Of a stretch of DNA of 64,000 bases, positions 39,924 to 53,620 are shown piece after piece. The position numbers and the translations under genes are program-made. The stretch is from the NCBI RefSeq assembly GCF_006345805.1, contig NC_043003.1, forward strand, positions 49,786,001-49,850,000. The letters run 5' to 3'. Under the pieces are notes generated by a model that did no database searches, had not been told where the DNA came from, and worked only from the letters and a program-made list of their open reading frames with translations. The first letter of the stretch is position 1, and each line of letters begins with the position of its first letter. The stretch is from Octopus sinensis. Taxonomy: Eukaryota.

Positions 39924-40805
39924 TTCATCTCTTGTGTTATGTTATCATGAATTAGTATTAGTACATACATCTTAGAGAATAGTCTTTACTCTTACAGTGA
40001 CAGTGTGTATAGCAAACCCCACTTGATGCAATGATAAACTGCATTAAATACATGTCCAACCCAGTGGAGGCACATGGCCTAGTGGTTAGAGCAGCAGACT
40101 CATGGTCGAGGGATTGCAGGTTCGAATCTCAGACCGGGCTATGTGTGTGTTTATGAGTGAAACACCTAAGCTCCATGTGGCTCCAGTAGAAGGTAATGGC
40201 AAACTTCTGCTGACTCTTTTGTCACAACTTCCTCTCACTCTTTCCTCCTGCATCTTGCAGCTCATCTGTGATGGACCGGCGACCCGTCCAGGTGGGGAAC
40301 CTATATGCCAAGGAAACCAGGAAACTGACCCTTATAAGCCAGGCGTGGCATGGCTCGAGAAGGAACAAGCAACTGTTCCTCCTAAAGGATGAAACAACAA
40401 ACATCTCCAACCCATGCCAGCCTGGAAAACGGACGTTAATTGATGATGATGATGACATGCTTGCAGAAGTTAGTAAACCACTGAAGTTAGCAAAGAGTCA
40501 AGAGAACACTTTAGTTTTGTCTTGGCAAGACAGAACAACAGTATTAGAGATAAAAAAATACATTGAACACTTTGTAAAGATTTTTGATGATAGGAAGGAC
40601 ATCTAAGCCACAAATGAAATGTTCAAAACATGGTCTTCTCATCAATCTAGGACTTCCGAAAGGTAATTGTATAGTTCGTGAGGATCTGTTCAGCCAACGT
40701 CAAGATGGAAAGTGAATGTAAAATGATAATAATGATTATTTATATAGATATTTGTAAACATATGTATGTGTGTGTATGTATATGTGTGTATGTATATTTA
40801 TACAC

Positions 40806-40861
<56 letters not shown>

Positions 40862-41508
40862 GTGTATATACATATATATGTGTATATACATACATGTGTG
40901 TGTATGTACACACACATACATATATATGTGTGTATATGAGAGTATGTGTGTGTGCATGTGTATTTCAATAATAAGAAATCATAATGACAAGGGAATAAAA
41001 AATTATTCAACTTCATTGATTTCATTAGCTTATGGCTGTTTCAGCTTTAAGATACAATGCACTCATTGTTGAGCAGCTGTGTTACACCCTAAAGCATCAC
41101 TGGAGCTTAAAAAATATATATATATTTCTGTATGTATGATTGTGTATGTGTGTGTGTGTGTGTGTGTGTGCACGTGTGTATGCATGTATGAACACATTTA
41201 TATATTCTTTTCTTCTTTTTCATTTTTCCTTTGTTTCAGTCATTTGACTGCAGCTATGCTGGAGCACCACCTTTAGTCAAATAAATCAACCCCAGGGCTT
41301 ATTCTTTGTAAGCCTAGTACTTATTCTATCAGTCTCTTTTGCTGAACCTGTTAAGTTACAGGGATGTCAAGCGATGGTGGGGCAGACAAACAGACACAAA
41401 TACATACATACATATATACATCTAAATAACAAAAGAAAGACAGGAGATGGAATATTAAATATTTAGGTGCTTTCAGTGTGAGGTACACACACACACACAC
41501 GCACACAA

Positions 41509-41560
<52 letters not shown>

Positions 41561-42409
41561 TATGTATATATCATCATCATCGTTTAACGTCCATTTTCCA
41601 TGCTTGCATGGGTTGGATGGATATATATATATATCTATATATACAATGGGCTTCTTACAGTTTCTGTCTACCAATTCTACTCACAAAGCTTTGGTTGGCC
41701 CAAGGCCATAGTTGAAGACACTTGCCCAAGGTGGCATGCAATGGGACTGAACTAGCCACTCCTGTATCTGTATATATATTTACATACAAATGAGGGTGAT
41801 ATATTTGTGATATCATTTGTTAGTTCATAGAAAGAAATCATACAAGTGTAATGTGATTAATTAACCTTCACCACCAGTTTTAGTTTCTTGATATTAGTAG
41901 AATATGATTTTGATCTACATAACAAGGACTTAAAGTCAATAGTTTTGTACCACACACTGAAAACACCCAAATACTTAATATTTACACAAAGCAAACTGAG
42001 TGTTTCTGGAAATTCAAAGCATCACATATGGATGAGACAAAAATGAAGGAAAAGAAAGGGAGTTAAAAAAGGGATAGGAAATGAGAAGTCATATACAAGT
42101 TAAAGGTCATTAATAAGCATAATAAGATAACCGGGAGGTGATTAAAGATTAAAGACGACCAATTTTGAATGACTTTGCCAGGTAGTACTATTAAGTTAGA
42201 TATGGCCTGAGCCAATACTGGCCGAAACCTATTGAAATATCAAAGCATCAAGGACACAATTAGGACAAACTCACATGTCTATGATTAAACAAAAACCAGA
42301 AGCCTATCAGAAATTGTCATGAAAATTGCCATTTTATGCAGTTGCAATGGAACTGAGTTTCAAGTTGCAGTTGTATATCAAAAATATTCACATTTCAGGA
42401 GATAAAAGA

Positions 42410-42568
42410 GAGGAGTGGTTGTGTGGTAAGTAGCTTGCTTACCAACCATGTGGTTCCGGGTTCTGTCCTACTGTATGGCACCTTGGGCAAGTGTCTTCTA
42501 CTATAGCCTCAGGCTGACCAAAACCTTGTGAGTGGAATTGGTAGATGGAAACTGAAAGAAGCCTGTTG

Positions 42569-42600
<32 letters not shown>

Positions 42601-42828
42601 CGTGTGTGTATATGTTTGTGTGTCTGTGTTTGTCCCCCCAACATTGCTTGACAACCGATGCTGGTGTGTTTACGTCCCCGTAACTTAGCAGTTCAACAAA
42701 AAGAGGCCGATAGAATAAGTACTAGGCTTACAAAAGAGTAAGTCCTGAGGTCAATTTGCTCGACTAAAGGTGGTGCTCCAGCATGGCCACAGTCTAATGA
42801 CTGAGACATGTAAGAGTAAAAGAGTATA
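42410..42828 (+). mobile_element. Full-length SINE A
   Basis: Complete from head to tail. Confidence 0.92.
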
Positions 42829-43089
42829 ACTAAAAGTGATTTTTAGGATGATATAATTTCAGTATAGTTATACATACCTACATAGCCTTGTCAGCCATTT
42901 TCCATGCTGATATGGGTTGGATGGTTTTGACTGGATCTGAGGGTTCCAAAGACCACATCTTGCTCCAATGTCAGCTTTGCCATGGTTTCTATGGCTGGTT
43001 GCTCTTCCTAATGTCAACCACATTACAGTGTACTGGGGCTTTTTTCTTGGCACTAGCACTAATGAGGTCATGATGCGGTTCATACAACT

Positions 43090-43500
43090 AAGGCAAAGAG
43101 TGGGGCTATGTGAGAGAACAAAGTGGGACTATGTGAGTGGGGCTACGTGAGAGAGAGCAAAGTGAGTGAGGGTTTGTGAAAGTGGGGCTATGTGAGCAAA
43201 CAAAGTGAGTAGAGGTACGTGAGAGAGCAAAGTGGGTGGGTCTATGTGAGAGTGGGGCTATGTGAGTAGTACTACATGAGAGTGGAGCTATGTGATTGGA
43301 GCTACGTGGGAGTGGGGCTATGTGAGAGAACAAAGTGAGACTATGTGAGTGGGGCTACATGAGAGAGCAAAGTGAGTGGGGCTCCGTGAGAGTGGGGCTA
43401 TGTGAGTGGTACTATGTGAGAGAGCAAAGTGAATGGGGTTATGTGAGTGGGACTATATGAGCAAGCAAAGTGAGTGGGGCCATGTGAGAGAGCAAAGTGT
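43090..43500. repeat. G-rich minisatellite built from 16 bp and 29 bp units
   Basis: gtggggctatgtga(ga) and gagagcaaagtgagt are reiterated. Confidence 0.9.
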
Positions 43501-44459
43501 CTTTATGCTAGAAAACGAGAAGTTAAAATATGAAACACATATTTTGCTATAGAGGAGCTACATAGCTGCTCATGGTATAAAAGTGTGGGTGGAGAGATAA
43601 CTGTGTCAAGCTAAAAAGAGAAGTAAAATATCAGTGATGAGGTGTCAGAGTGGACCCTGAAGGTACAAGAAGGTGAAAAGAAGTTAATCAGAACAGAGAT
43701 TAATAGAATAAGTACTCGGCTTACAAAGGGTAAGTCCTGGGGTTGATTCATTCAACTGAAAGGTGGTGCTCCAGCATGGCTGCAGTCAAATGACTGAAAC
43801 AAGTAAAAGAATAAAAGAATATATATATATATTTATCATATGTGTTCCCCCCATCTGGACGGGACGCCAGTCCATCGCAGCATTACTCAAGAAACAGGAA
43901 GAGAGACTGAAAGAAGGTTGTGTTGAAATAATACAACAGGGGTCGCCACCACCCCCTGCCGGAGCCTCGTGGAGCTTTTATGTGTTTTCACTCAATAAAC
44001 ACACACACTGCCTGGTCTGGGAATCGAAACCGCAATCCTCCGACCATGAGTCTGCTGCCCTAACCACTGGGCCATTGTGCCTCCACATACAAACCCATGC
44101 ACTGCACATAAGTATCTTTGGTTTTACTAAAGGGAGAATTTAATTTGGATGCCATGTATATACAATTTTCCTTATTAGTTGAATACCTCAGGAACTTTAG
44201 TAACATGGTGTTGTAGAATTTGATGCAAAAATTGAAACAAAATTTTGTTTACTGTTATTCATACCAGGCTTTATGTTCTTTAGCCATACATTACGGAATT
44301 CCCAGCTTAAAAACATATTATGGGTGTGTATGCATGTGATTCTGTGTATGTGTGTACAATTGTGCATACACAGACAGATAGATAGACGTGCACACACTCA
44401 TACACACAAACTATAGGATGGCTACAACTCAATTTCAAGTAATGTCAGCCATGTCTGGC

Positions 44460-44630
44460 AAGTTCACTGTCACCAATTCACTACAGAGAAAGTTCACTGT
44501 AATCAATTCACCATTTTCTTTGTCAAAAAAAAGTTTTAGACTTTTAATGGTGAGATACTATGGAAAGATTTTCTTGGTAAATTTTCTTCATGGTGAACTT
44601 TTCCCATGGTGAAGTGATGACAGTGAACTT
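44460..44630. mobile_element. MITE with reiterated sub-terminal motifs
   Basis: aagttcactgtcaccaattcac...gtgaagtgatgacagtgaactt. Confidence 0.65.
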
Positions 44631-44669
44631 ATCTGTAATCAATGCCAACACTCGATAATTCTCTTAAAC

Positions 44670-45220
44670 ATGAACAACGTGGATGTGGCTTTTCTGTATT
44701 TCTATGGACTTATACTCACTTGTGCAGATGTGGCAAGGATTGGTGCTTTGTTGCTGTATGTGTTACAATATTTTTTTGGTGAACCTTCATATGACAGTTT
44801 AGTAAGCTTCCTGAAGCATATTCTTACCCACAGTCCCTGCAAGTAAAGATACCATATAAAGCATAGTTAACAACGTTCTTGTGTGTGTTTGTGTGTATGT
44901 GTGTGTTTATGTGTGCACGTGTGCATGCGTGCCTTCTCTGATGACTAAAGCCTGCCTTACTTAGACATGCCCACACTCACTAAATGTTAAATTTGGCTGA
45001 ACACCAACATACTCAGGCGAATTCAGATCAAAGCCTTTATGAATATCTCTCATGAACTGTCATAATTTTGTTCAGATTCCCTCCCTCATTATGCACTACT
45101 TTACCTTTCAATGAATGATGGAGAACAAGGTTTTCACTTTCCAAAATTTTTAGCTTCTCCAGGGATTTCTTGATGCAGTCCTTATGTCTTAATTTCCTTT
45201 TTTGCATTACTTGTTTACCC
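44670..45220 (-). mobile_element. RTE ORF2 C-terminus with two decayed C2H2 fingers
   Basis: KLRHKDCIKKSLEKL; FTCRDCG*EYASGSLLNCHMKVH; PCHICTSEYKSIEIQKSHIHVVH. Confidence 0.7.
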
Positions 45221-46254
45221 TCAGCTAACTCACCCTATGTGTGTGTGTGTGTACATGTTTGAATACGTATATAAGGGTAATGGGTAAAGACCCCCTTCGG
45301 TCATGAATGGCGATGGGATTGCACCTAGAAAGTTACCCTCTGAGGCACAAGTCTGAGCAAGGTCATTTTATGGGAGAACCAGCAGTTGCTCATGCATACC
45401 AGCCATGCCACTGATGTTATCCAAGGGAAAGGTGAAGGCCAATACAGCTTGGCAACCAGTGACATCGCAACTCATTTTTACACCTGAGTGAATTGGAGCA
45501 ACCTGACATAAAGTGTCTTGCTCAAGAACACAACACACAAAATGGCCCAGGAATCGAACTCACTACCTCCTGATTGTGAGCTTGATGCTCTAACCACTGA
45601 GCCATGCGCCTTCACTGTATATGTATATATGTATATGTACATAGGAATAGTTTATATGCAAGTAGCAATAAAGGCAAACGTGTAGTGCAGCGAGCTGGCA
45701 GAATGGTTAGCACACTGGGAAGAATGCTTAGCAGTATTTCGTCAATCTTTATGTCTTGAGTTCAAATTCTGCTGAGGTCAACTTTGCCTATCATCTTTTT
45801 GGGGTCGATCGACTAAGTACCAGTTGAGCACTGGGGTTCATGTAAATTAACTTAACCCTCCCTGATATTGCAGACCAAAATTCAAAATCAATAGATATAC
45901 ATGTATTTGAGAGATAGAACAAGGTGGGGCGGGGAGAGGGTGGCTGAGAGAGAAAATGGTTGAGTGAGAAAGAAAGAAGGAACAAGTCTAACATAGGCTA
46001 GTGCTAATTTTCAAAAAAAATCGTCCCTCCGTTCTGCAAGTTCAATTCCCTTTTTGAATCAGTTCACTTACTCTTCTTCATGTTTACTAATTGCTACATT
46101 TGTCCATAACCTCAAAGGTCATAGGTTTCTTCAGGCTGACATTGCTATAATGCACTTACATGAAATCAAATTGTTACAGGTGAACCATAAAACCTAACAG
46201 GTCAATTTTTACAGGGTATATTCTAAAGGCATATGATGTTTAATACATACATAC

Positions 46255-46306
<52 letters not shown>

Positions 46307-47296
46307 TATATATATATTAATATATATATATATTTATGTATGTATGTATATGCATGTGTATGTATGTATATATATGTTTTACATACATATACATCAATAC
46401 ATATGTGTATATTTCCATAAATATATATGGATGTATAGTCTCTTTTTCTATATAATTAGTCATAAATAAGTAGATGATAAAAAAAAATTTAAATTTAAAA
46501 TAATTAATACAAAAGAAAACATACCCAAAGCTAATTTAATTAACGCTACTCCTGTCAGATTGCCACCAAAACTTTAATTAACGACTCAAAACAAATGCGA
46601 TAAATTCAAAATATCTCTTTTTATTTCTTTGTTTGTTGGTGTTGTTGGCACTGTTGTTGATGCTTCGTTATGATGTAAGAGGCAAAGTGGTAGGATGTAA
46701 AAAAAACAAAAATTTAAAAATATTCATGAAAAAGAATATATTTTTTTTGTCTTTTCTTTGTCAATTATTTTATTTTTTTGTTATTTATTTTTTGTTTGTC
46801 TTTCTATTGGTATTGTTAATGAAATCACACAAAACAAAATTACTTTATCCTTAATTTCATTTATGCTAACGAGGAATAAAAAAAAATGAAATAAAAGATA
46901 ATGATAATAATAAGAACAAAACAACAACAACAATATCAGTAATAACAACAGTGACAACTACATAAAGAAATAATAATATTAATAATAATAATAATAATAA
47001 TAATAATGATAATAATGATGATGATGATGATATTGATGAGGATGATAATAATAATAGTAATGACAACAACAAGGATTCTGTTTACATTAGCATTAATAAC
47101 AGTGATAGGAAAATGATAAAGAGTGAAAAGATGATTGTAACAACAACAATAACAACCAGAACAACTACAATAATAGCAAAAATAATGTTAATGATTTCTT
47201 TTATTGGCCACAAGGGTTCCAAGTTGTTAAGGACAGTGCAAAGCTGAAACAGAAAAGGAAAATGATAATACAGATGAATATTTAAATTGATAGTAG

Positions 47297-47328
<32 letters not shown>

Positions 47329-48387
47329 GTGTAGGTTTGAGTGATGAGGATGATAAGGTCAGTAATGATGATAGCGAAGAAGGAGAAGAGGAAAAAGAAA
47401 AGATGAGGTTATTTCTTAATCATCTTTGTTTTAACAGTTAAGTTTGTTAAAAGTAGTGAAAAAAATAGCAAAACAAATGTCTCGGAAAAAAAACCCAGCA
47501 AAAAAAAACAAAAAAAAACAATGAAGCAAAAAGATTATTCCAGAATTCATAATTATATTTCACAAAATTACTTCTTTGTTTTTTTACCCCACCTCCCCTT
47601 TCTCTCTGCCCCTTAATTTGTCTGCTAAGCCAAGTCAAGCTTTACTAACTTTCAGTACACAACCATAAATGAAAGCATTTTTATGTTTATTTTTCTTTTT
47701 TGATTTTATTTATTTATTCTTAGTTTTATCTGCCACCTTTACCATTAATTGCCATGATGTATTTTTAGAACTAGGGACTGGAAGTTTAATTCAAGTTTAC
47801 TTTATTCTTTTTATTTGTTTCTGTTAAATATAATTTAGTTTTTAATATTTTAAATTGATAAAACTGACATGGGTTTTCATAAACCAAAATTAAGTGTAAA
47901 AAAGAAAGATAAAATAAAAGAAGAAAATTATAAATTATATAAAATATATTTTAAATTGATGTTTAAATTTTAAAATGAAATTAAAATAGAAAAGAAATCG
48001 GTTTTAAAAAAATTTGTTCATTTTTGTAGTAGTTTTCTGTCTCAGAATCTGATTCACAGTCTTCAAGTTATCTTGACTGTAAAAAAATTTTAAAAAGTGC
48101 ATTACAGACAGACAGACACACACACACACACACACACACACAAATCCACACACAATAGCATCTAATGATGAAATGTAGTAGGTATATACAATAAGCACTG
48201 AGATTGGTTTACTGCTAAAACTCTGACTTGAACTGTGGCTGAAACAAAAGGAGTGTTGTAGCTGCTTAGCAATGAATGGCTATAAGTGGTTTATCAATGA
48301 GCAGATAGATACATATTAGAAAGAAAGAATGGACATGCAAAACATGTGGTATCCTTTTAGAGCATACACATACATATGTATATGTAC

Positions 48388-48475
<88 letters not shown>

Positions 48476-48559
48476 GAATATACAAAAACACAAAAGATGA
48501 AGATGGGTGTGTAAACAACAAACAAATGTATTAGTTTAATGCACAGGAAGTAAGAAAGT

Positions 48560-48595
48560 CTTTTACATTTCGAGCCTATGGTCTTCAACAGAAAG
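48560..48595 (-). ncRNA. Minimal hammerhead-like motif with a variant core
   Basis: cttt-CTGTTGA-a-gacc atag gctc-GAAA-tg-TA-aaag. Confidence 0.45.
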
Positions 48596-48646
48596 GAACA
48601 GAGAAATAAACAGGGAGAGAAAATAAAAAAGGTTTAGTGGCTAGCG

Positions 48647-48716
<70 letters not shown>

Positions 48717-48726
48717 ATATATATAT

Positions 48727-49068
48727 AATCAAAATAAATAACAGCATATCAAGTAGTAATGCAGTACAACTGTTTCAGGTGGCTTCATTTAATTGAACAA
48801 TGCAATCAATATATCGGTTCAAATGCAGTACTCAGACACTCTGCTACAATAGTGACAACATGAATTTCTTCCATCTTCTTACTCTGTTAAAATATTTAAG
48901 AAAAATTATATTAATGTGTCCTACTTGTAAAAAAATTCTGTATTTTGTGCAGCTGAAGATAGCACTGCATTTGAATTGATGTAATGACTGCATTGTTCAA
49001 TTAAATGGAGCTGCTTGAAACGGTTGTACTGCATTACTACTTGATAGCCTATTATTTATTTTGATTTT
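48727..49068. repeat. Foldback element (arms about 48727-48822 and 48964-49068)
   Basis: The left arm is an inverted partial copy of the 3' part of the hammerhead-bearing unit. Confidence 0.85.
48947..49034 (+). ncRNA. Type I hammerhead motif with a long stem II
   Basis: gtgcag-CTGAAGA-t agca...catttgaattga...tcaattaaatg...tgct t-GAAA-cggttg-TA-ctgcat. Confidence 0.78.
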
Positions 49069-49272
49069 ATTTATCTTACTTCAAGCTGTGCAGATAATAT
49101 CGGACTGACTTGGTACTTCAACTTAAGTATCTAATTCAACTGAATCCTAATTATTTCTATATATATATATATTTGAGTAAGTGGCCAGATGAAAGTGGCA
49201 CTCAACACATCATCAGATATATTTTCTAGATATCTAATGAAATGGGTTTGTCCTATGAGCTGAGTCAAACTG

Positions 49273-49320
<48 letters not shown>

Positions 49321-49829
49321 CAATTTATTTATCACTTGAGTTTTAATTTGAACTTGAATCAAAATCTCATTAAAAACTGACATTCATATCAAAACAAACT
49401 CTTTTGAAATTTTTATTGAAGATTCAGACATGGAATTTTGATCCCAATCTTCAACTATCCTCACTGTTCTTTATGGAACCATTTCAATTTTTGTAATTAG
49501 AAATTCCAAGGTTGGTAGAGTTGCAGAATCAGTAGTATAAAGGATACAATGTCTTGTGTTTCTTTTTATTTTGAGTTCGAATTCCTTCTGATCTGGATTT
49601 AATCTTTCAGTGTTCCAGGGTTCTCTAAAATATCTGTGAGTTATGTACAGGGTAAAAAAGGGACAATCTAATGAGCTTAATTCAATCTCTTTGCTTTAGA
49701 ATAATTAGCCTTGTACCTAATTAGATCAAGTTATCATTTGCCATATATTTACCAGAGAAACACTTCTGCAAGTGAAGGTGGACATTCCACCATACATCAA
49801 AAGATTTAGGATAGTGATGGTGGTGGTAA

Positions 49830-50210
49830 TCTTACTCTTTACTCTTTTACTTGTTTCAGTCATTTGACTGTGGCCATGCTGGAGCACCACCTTTAGTCGA
49901 AGAAATCGGCTCTAGGACTTATCCTTTGTAAGCCTGGTACTTATTCTATCAGTTTCTTTTGCCGAACCGCTAATTTACAGGTATGTAACTCCAGCATCGG
50001 TTGTCAAGCGATGTTAGGGGAACAAACACAGACACACAAACACACACCCACATATATATATATATTTACATATATACGACGAGCTTCTTTCAGTTTCCGT
50101 CTACCAAATCCACTCACAAGGCTTTGGTTGGCCCAAGGCTATAGTAGAATACACTTGCCCAAGGTGCCATGCAGTGGGACTGAACCCGGAACCATGTGGT
50201 TGGTAGCACA
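49830..50210 (-). mobile_element. SINE A
   Basis: Reverse-complement copy of the family. Confidence 0.9.
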
Positions 50211-51379
50211 TTTGGGAATTCTAAGGATGAGTGAGCTCTATTTGTACTCATATACGTTCTTAATAGAACATACCACAACAATATATATATGTATGTGTGT
50301 GTGTGTGTACGTATGTATATAGATATATGTATAAATATATATTTATATACATCATTAGCTGGTCAAAACTTCGAAGTCGCTGTTAATGATATTCTTGTTT
50401 AGGAAAAGTAAATTTGCACACTGCAAAAGTAGAGATTGACCCTTCAGATTAATGTAAAATTGTTTTTATTATAACTGAACATAAAAACATTTACATACAT
50501 ACATACATACACACACACATGCACACATACATGCACACACACCCACACACACACATGTATGTATGTATGTATGTATGTATGTGTGTATGTATGTTTGTAG
50601 AAGGCATAACGAAATAATATACATAATCAAAATAAGTTATGTTACTAATGTGATAAAGATATTTATTATATTTTTCATTTTCCATTTTTTCTGGTTTTTT
50701 TTTTTTTTTGCACACTGCTCCGGAAGGATTTATTAGAATTCTGAAAAATGACATGCCCTCTTTGCAGTGCTTTTCAAAAAATATGAATTTCTAATTTGCT
50801 CTCTGAACCATCTGATGGAATATCAAAATGGTTTTGACAAGCCTTTTTTCCCTTTTTATTCACGTAAAGCAGAAACCTAGAAGTGTCCCTGTCTCTCTTA
50901 TCAAGATCACGGCAATAGAGTAAGAGAGTTAAGTCACTCACTGAAGACTACACTGACAACTTCTCTCACCAGATGCAACTCCTCACACACATTCATGACT
51001 CCTGGACTGACATTATTCCAATCTGTACCTGCACACATTTACTTTATTTTATGATGAGACAAAAACTAAAACTCATTTCTGTGTTTGTCACATTCTCTTT
51101 CCTGTTATGCTTTATCTCTTTTTGTTGCTGGGCAGAGCAGTTATCACTACATACTCAAGCATGCACATACTGAAACACAAGTATGCATACACAAACACAC
51201 ACATGCATGCATACACATGCACACACACATGCACACCCACAAATGTATTCATATAAGCGCAAAAGACATCTGAATGCAGATATTTATGTTAATATATATG
51301 TTCATAAGTTCGTATCTATTATATAAAATTCGTTCTGTCTGTCAGTGTGTGTGTGTCTTCTAGGATCTCGGGCATCCAC

Positions 51380-51500
51380 CAGAAATATCACAAAAACTGT
51401 TACTCAGAGTTTCATTCAAACAAAACTGTTCAACGAATGAGAACGTGAAAATCTGAGTAGCAGTTTTTGTGATATTTCTGCTGCTTTTTAATAAAGTATA
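51380..51500 (+). repeat. Small foldback with a hammerhead-shaped unit (51422-51467) and a degenerate core
   Basis: aaaactgt-tcaACGA-atgagaacgt-GAAA-atctgag-TA-gcagtttt. The mirror arm gives gaaa ctc t gag ta acagtttt. Confidence 0.45.
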
Positions 51501-51715
51501 TAAATATATATATATACAGACAGGCACACACACACACACACAAACACAAATACAAACACACACATTCACACATGCATACACACAAACAGATGTTTATACA
51601 AATATATGTCCAACCCATACCAGCATGGGAAACAGATGTTAAATGGTGATAATAAGGATATGCATATATACATATATATATATATATATATAGATAGATA
51701 TAGATATACACACAC

Positions 51716-51749
<34 letters not shown>

Positions 51750-52123
51750 ATGTATATATATATATATATGTGAAGGCTTATGGCTTAGTGGTTAGGGTGT
51801 TGCACTCATGACTGCGAGATCGTGGGTTCGATTCCCAGACTGGGCAGTGCGTTGTGTTCTTGAGCAAAGCACTTCATTTCGTGTTGCTCTGTGATCATTT
51901 TGACATCTGACATGTGACACCCAGTTTCACATGTCGATTTGATGGAGAGAGTGAGCTTATGTCTACACAAGCATTTGATCCCTATAAACAAATCATCTGA
52001 GTGGTTGCTCGGTAGGAAATGATGGGATAGTCCATCATATATATATATATATATATATACTCATATGTATCTCTCTCACCCTCTCTCTCTCTCTATCTAT
52101 CTATCTATACATACATACGTACA

Positions 52124-52154
<31 letters not shown>

Positions 52155-52969
52155 GCGAGTACACACATACACACACCCACACACATATATATGGTAGATG
52201 AGTTCAGCAAAAATTTAGATTCAGATGAATATGGTACTTAAGTTGAGGCACCAGAATTTAGTACGGTATTATCCATACAATTTGAAAATATTTTGATTTT
52301 ATACACATATATGTCTACATAAAGATATATGTATATGTGTGTATGTAGTTCTTTGTGTGTGTGTATGTGTCTGGGGGGTGTCTGTGTGTGTGTATGTTTG
52401 TGTTTAAAATTACATATATATATGTTTGTGAGCATACAAAATATCTTGCAACCATTTAAATCATCATGGGACATCTTACAAACTGTCAAAATGTATTGAT
52501 TTCAAAAGTTTTTATTAGCTGGAAAAATACAAAATACATCTATTGGCATTATATAATAGCAAACACACATATATGTGTATATATTGCATTGTAAACCTGG
52601 TTTTGTTCTAATTTAATCTATTTTATAAAAGTGTTTTTTTTTTTAATGGCTGCATAACAGACTTTTATTGAGTGTTTAGAATAAAAAATGTTCCCAACTT
52701 CAACTTTATCAATGTTTCTAATCTATCTCAGCCTCATCTTCAGGATGTCGAGTGGTTTTCGGCTTCTGTGTTGCTCTCTTTATAGTTGGTGGCTTATTAT
52801 TATACAGACCTTCCCACCAACCATTACTTTCTTACCTGATTTTGTCCATTCGAGCAAATCCAATGAGCATAAGTCATCAGATTTTTATTTGTAACATGTA
52901 TATGCTGTACTTTAATTGTGACATTGTGTCACAATATTCGTAATGTTTCCATGATCAATTATTCTTTTA

Positions 52970-53197
52970 TTCTTTTATTTGTTTCAGTCATTTGACTATG
53001 GCCATCCTGGAGCACCACCTTTAGTCGAGCAAATCAACCCCAGGACTTATTCTTTCTAAGCCTAGTACTTATTCTATCAGTCTTTTTTGCTGAACTGCTA
53101 AGTTACAGAGATGTAAACACACCAACATAGATTGTCAAACGATGTTGGTGGTGGGGGGGACAAACAAAGACACACAAACACAAACACATACATGTGT

Positions 53198-53230
<33 letters not shown>

Positions 53231-53400
53231 TATATGTATATATATGAGGGGCTTCTTTCAGTTTCCTTCCACCAAATCCACTCACAAGGCTTTGGTTGGC
53301 CCAAAGCTATCGTAGAAGACATTTGTCTAAGTTACTATGCAGTAGGACTGAACCCGGTACCATGTGGTTGGTAAGCAAGCTACTTATCACACAGCCACTC
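52970..53400 (-). mobile_element. SINE A, head-to-head with the plus copy at 53791-54188
   Basis: Two family copies in opposite orientation about 390 bp apart. Confidence 0.9.
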
Positions 53401-53620
53401 CTAATTGTCTATTTGTGTGGGAATTATAAGAATCATTATTATGCTGGGCTAAATGCTTGGTGGCATTTCATCTGCCTTTATGCTCTAAGTTCAAACTTTA
53501 ATGATGTCAACTATGCCTTTCATCCTTGTGAGGTCTATAAAATAAGTATCAGTCAAGTATAATCAACTTATGCCCTACCATGAAATTGCTGGCCTTGTGC
53601 CAAAGTTTGAAATCAATATT

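Noticed and set aside
40456-40606. Unique-looking ORF tail MLAEVSKPL...RKDI
   Set aside because: No recognisable motif or splice sites; the upstream part of the ORF is SINE and RTE tail sequence.
42195-42245. ggcc hairpin followed by GAAAC
   Set aside because: No recognisable CUGANGA and a poor stem I.
43090-43500. CRISPR-like reading of this array and of the 26590 array
   Set aside because: No unique spacers, no cas genes, and a eukaryotic repeat context.
52708-52746. CUGAAGA...GAAA-ca-UU on the minus strand
   Set aside because: Stems I and II have only 3 bp each, which is compatible with chance.
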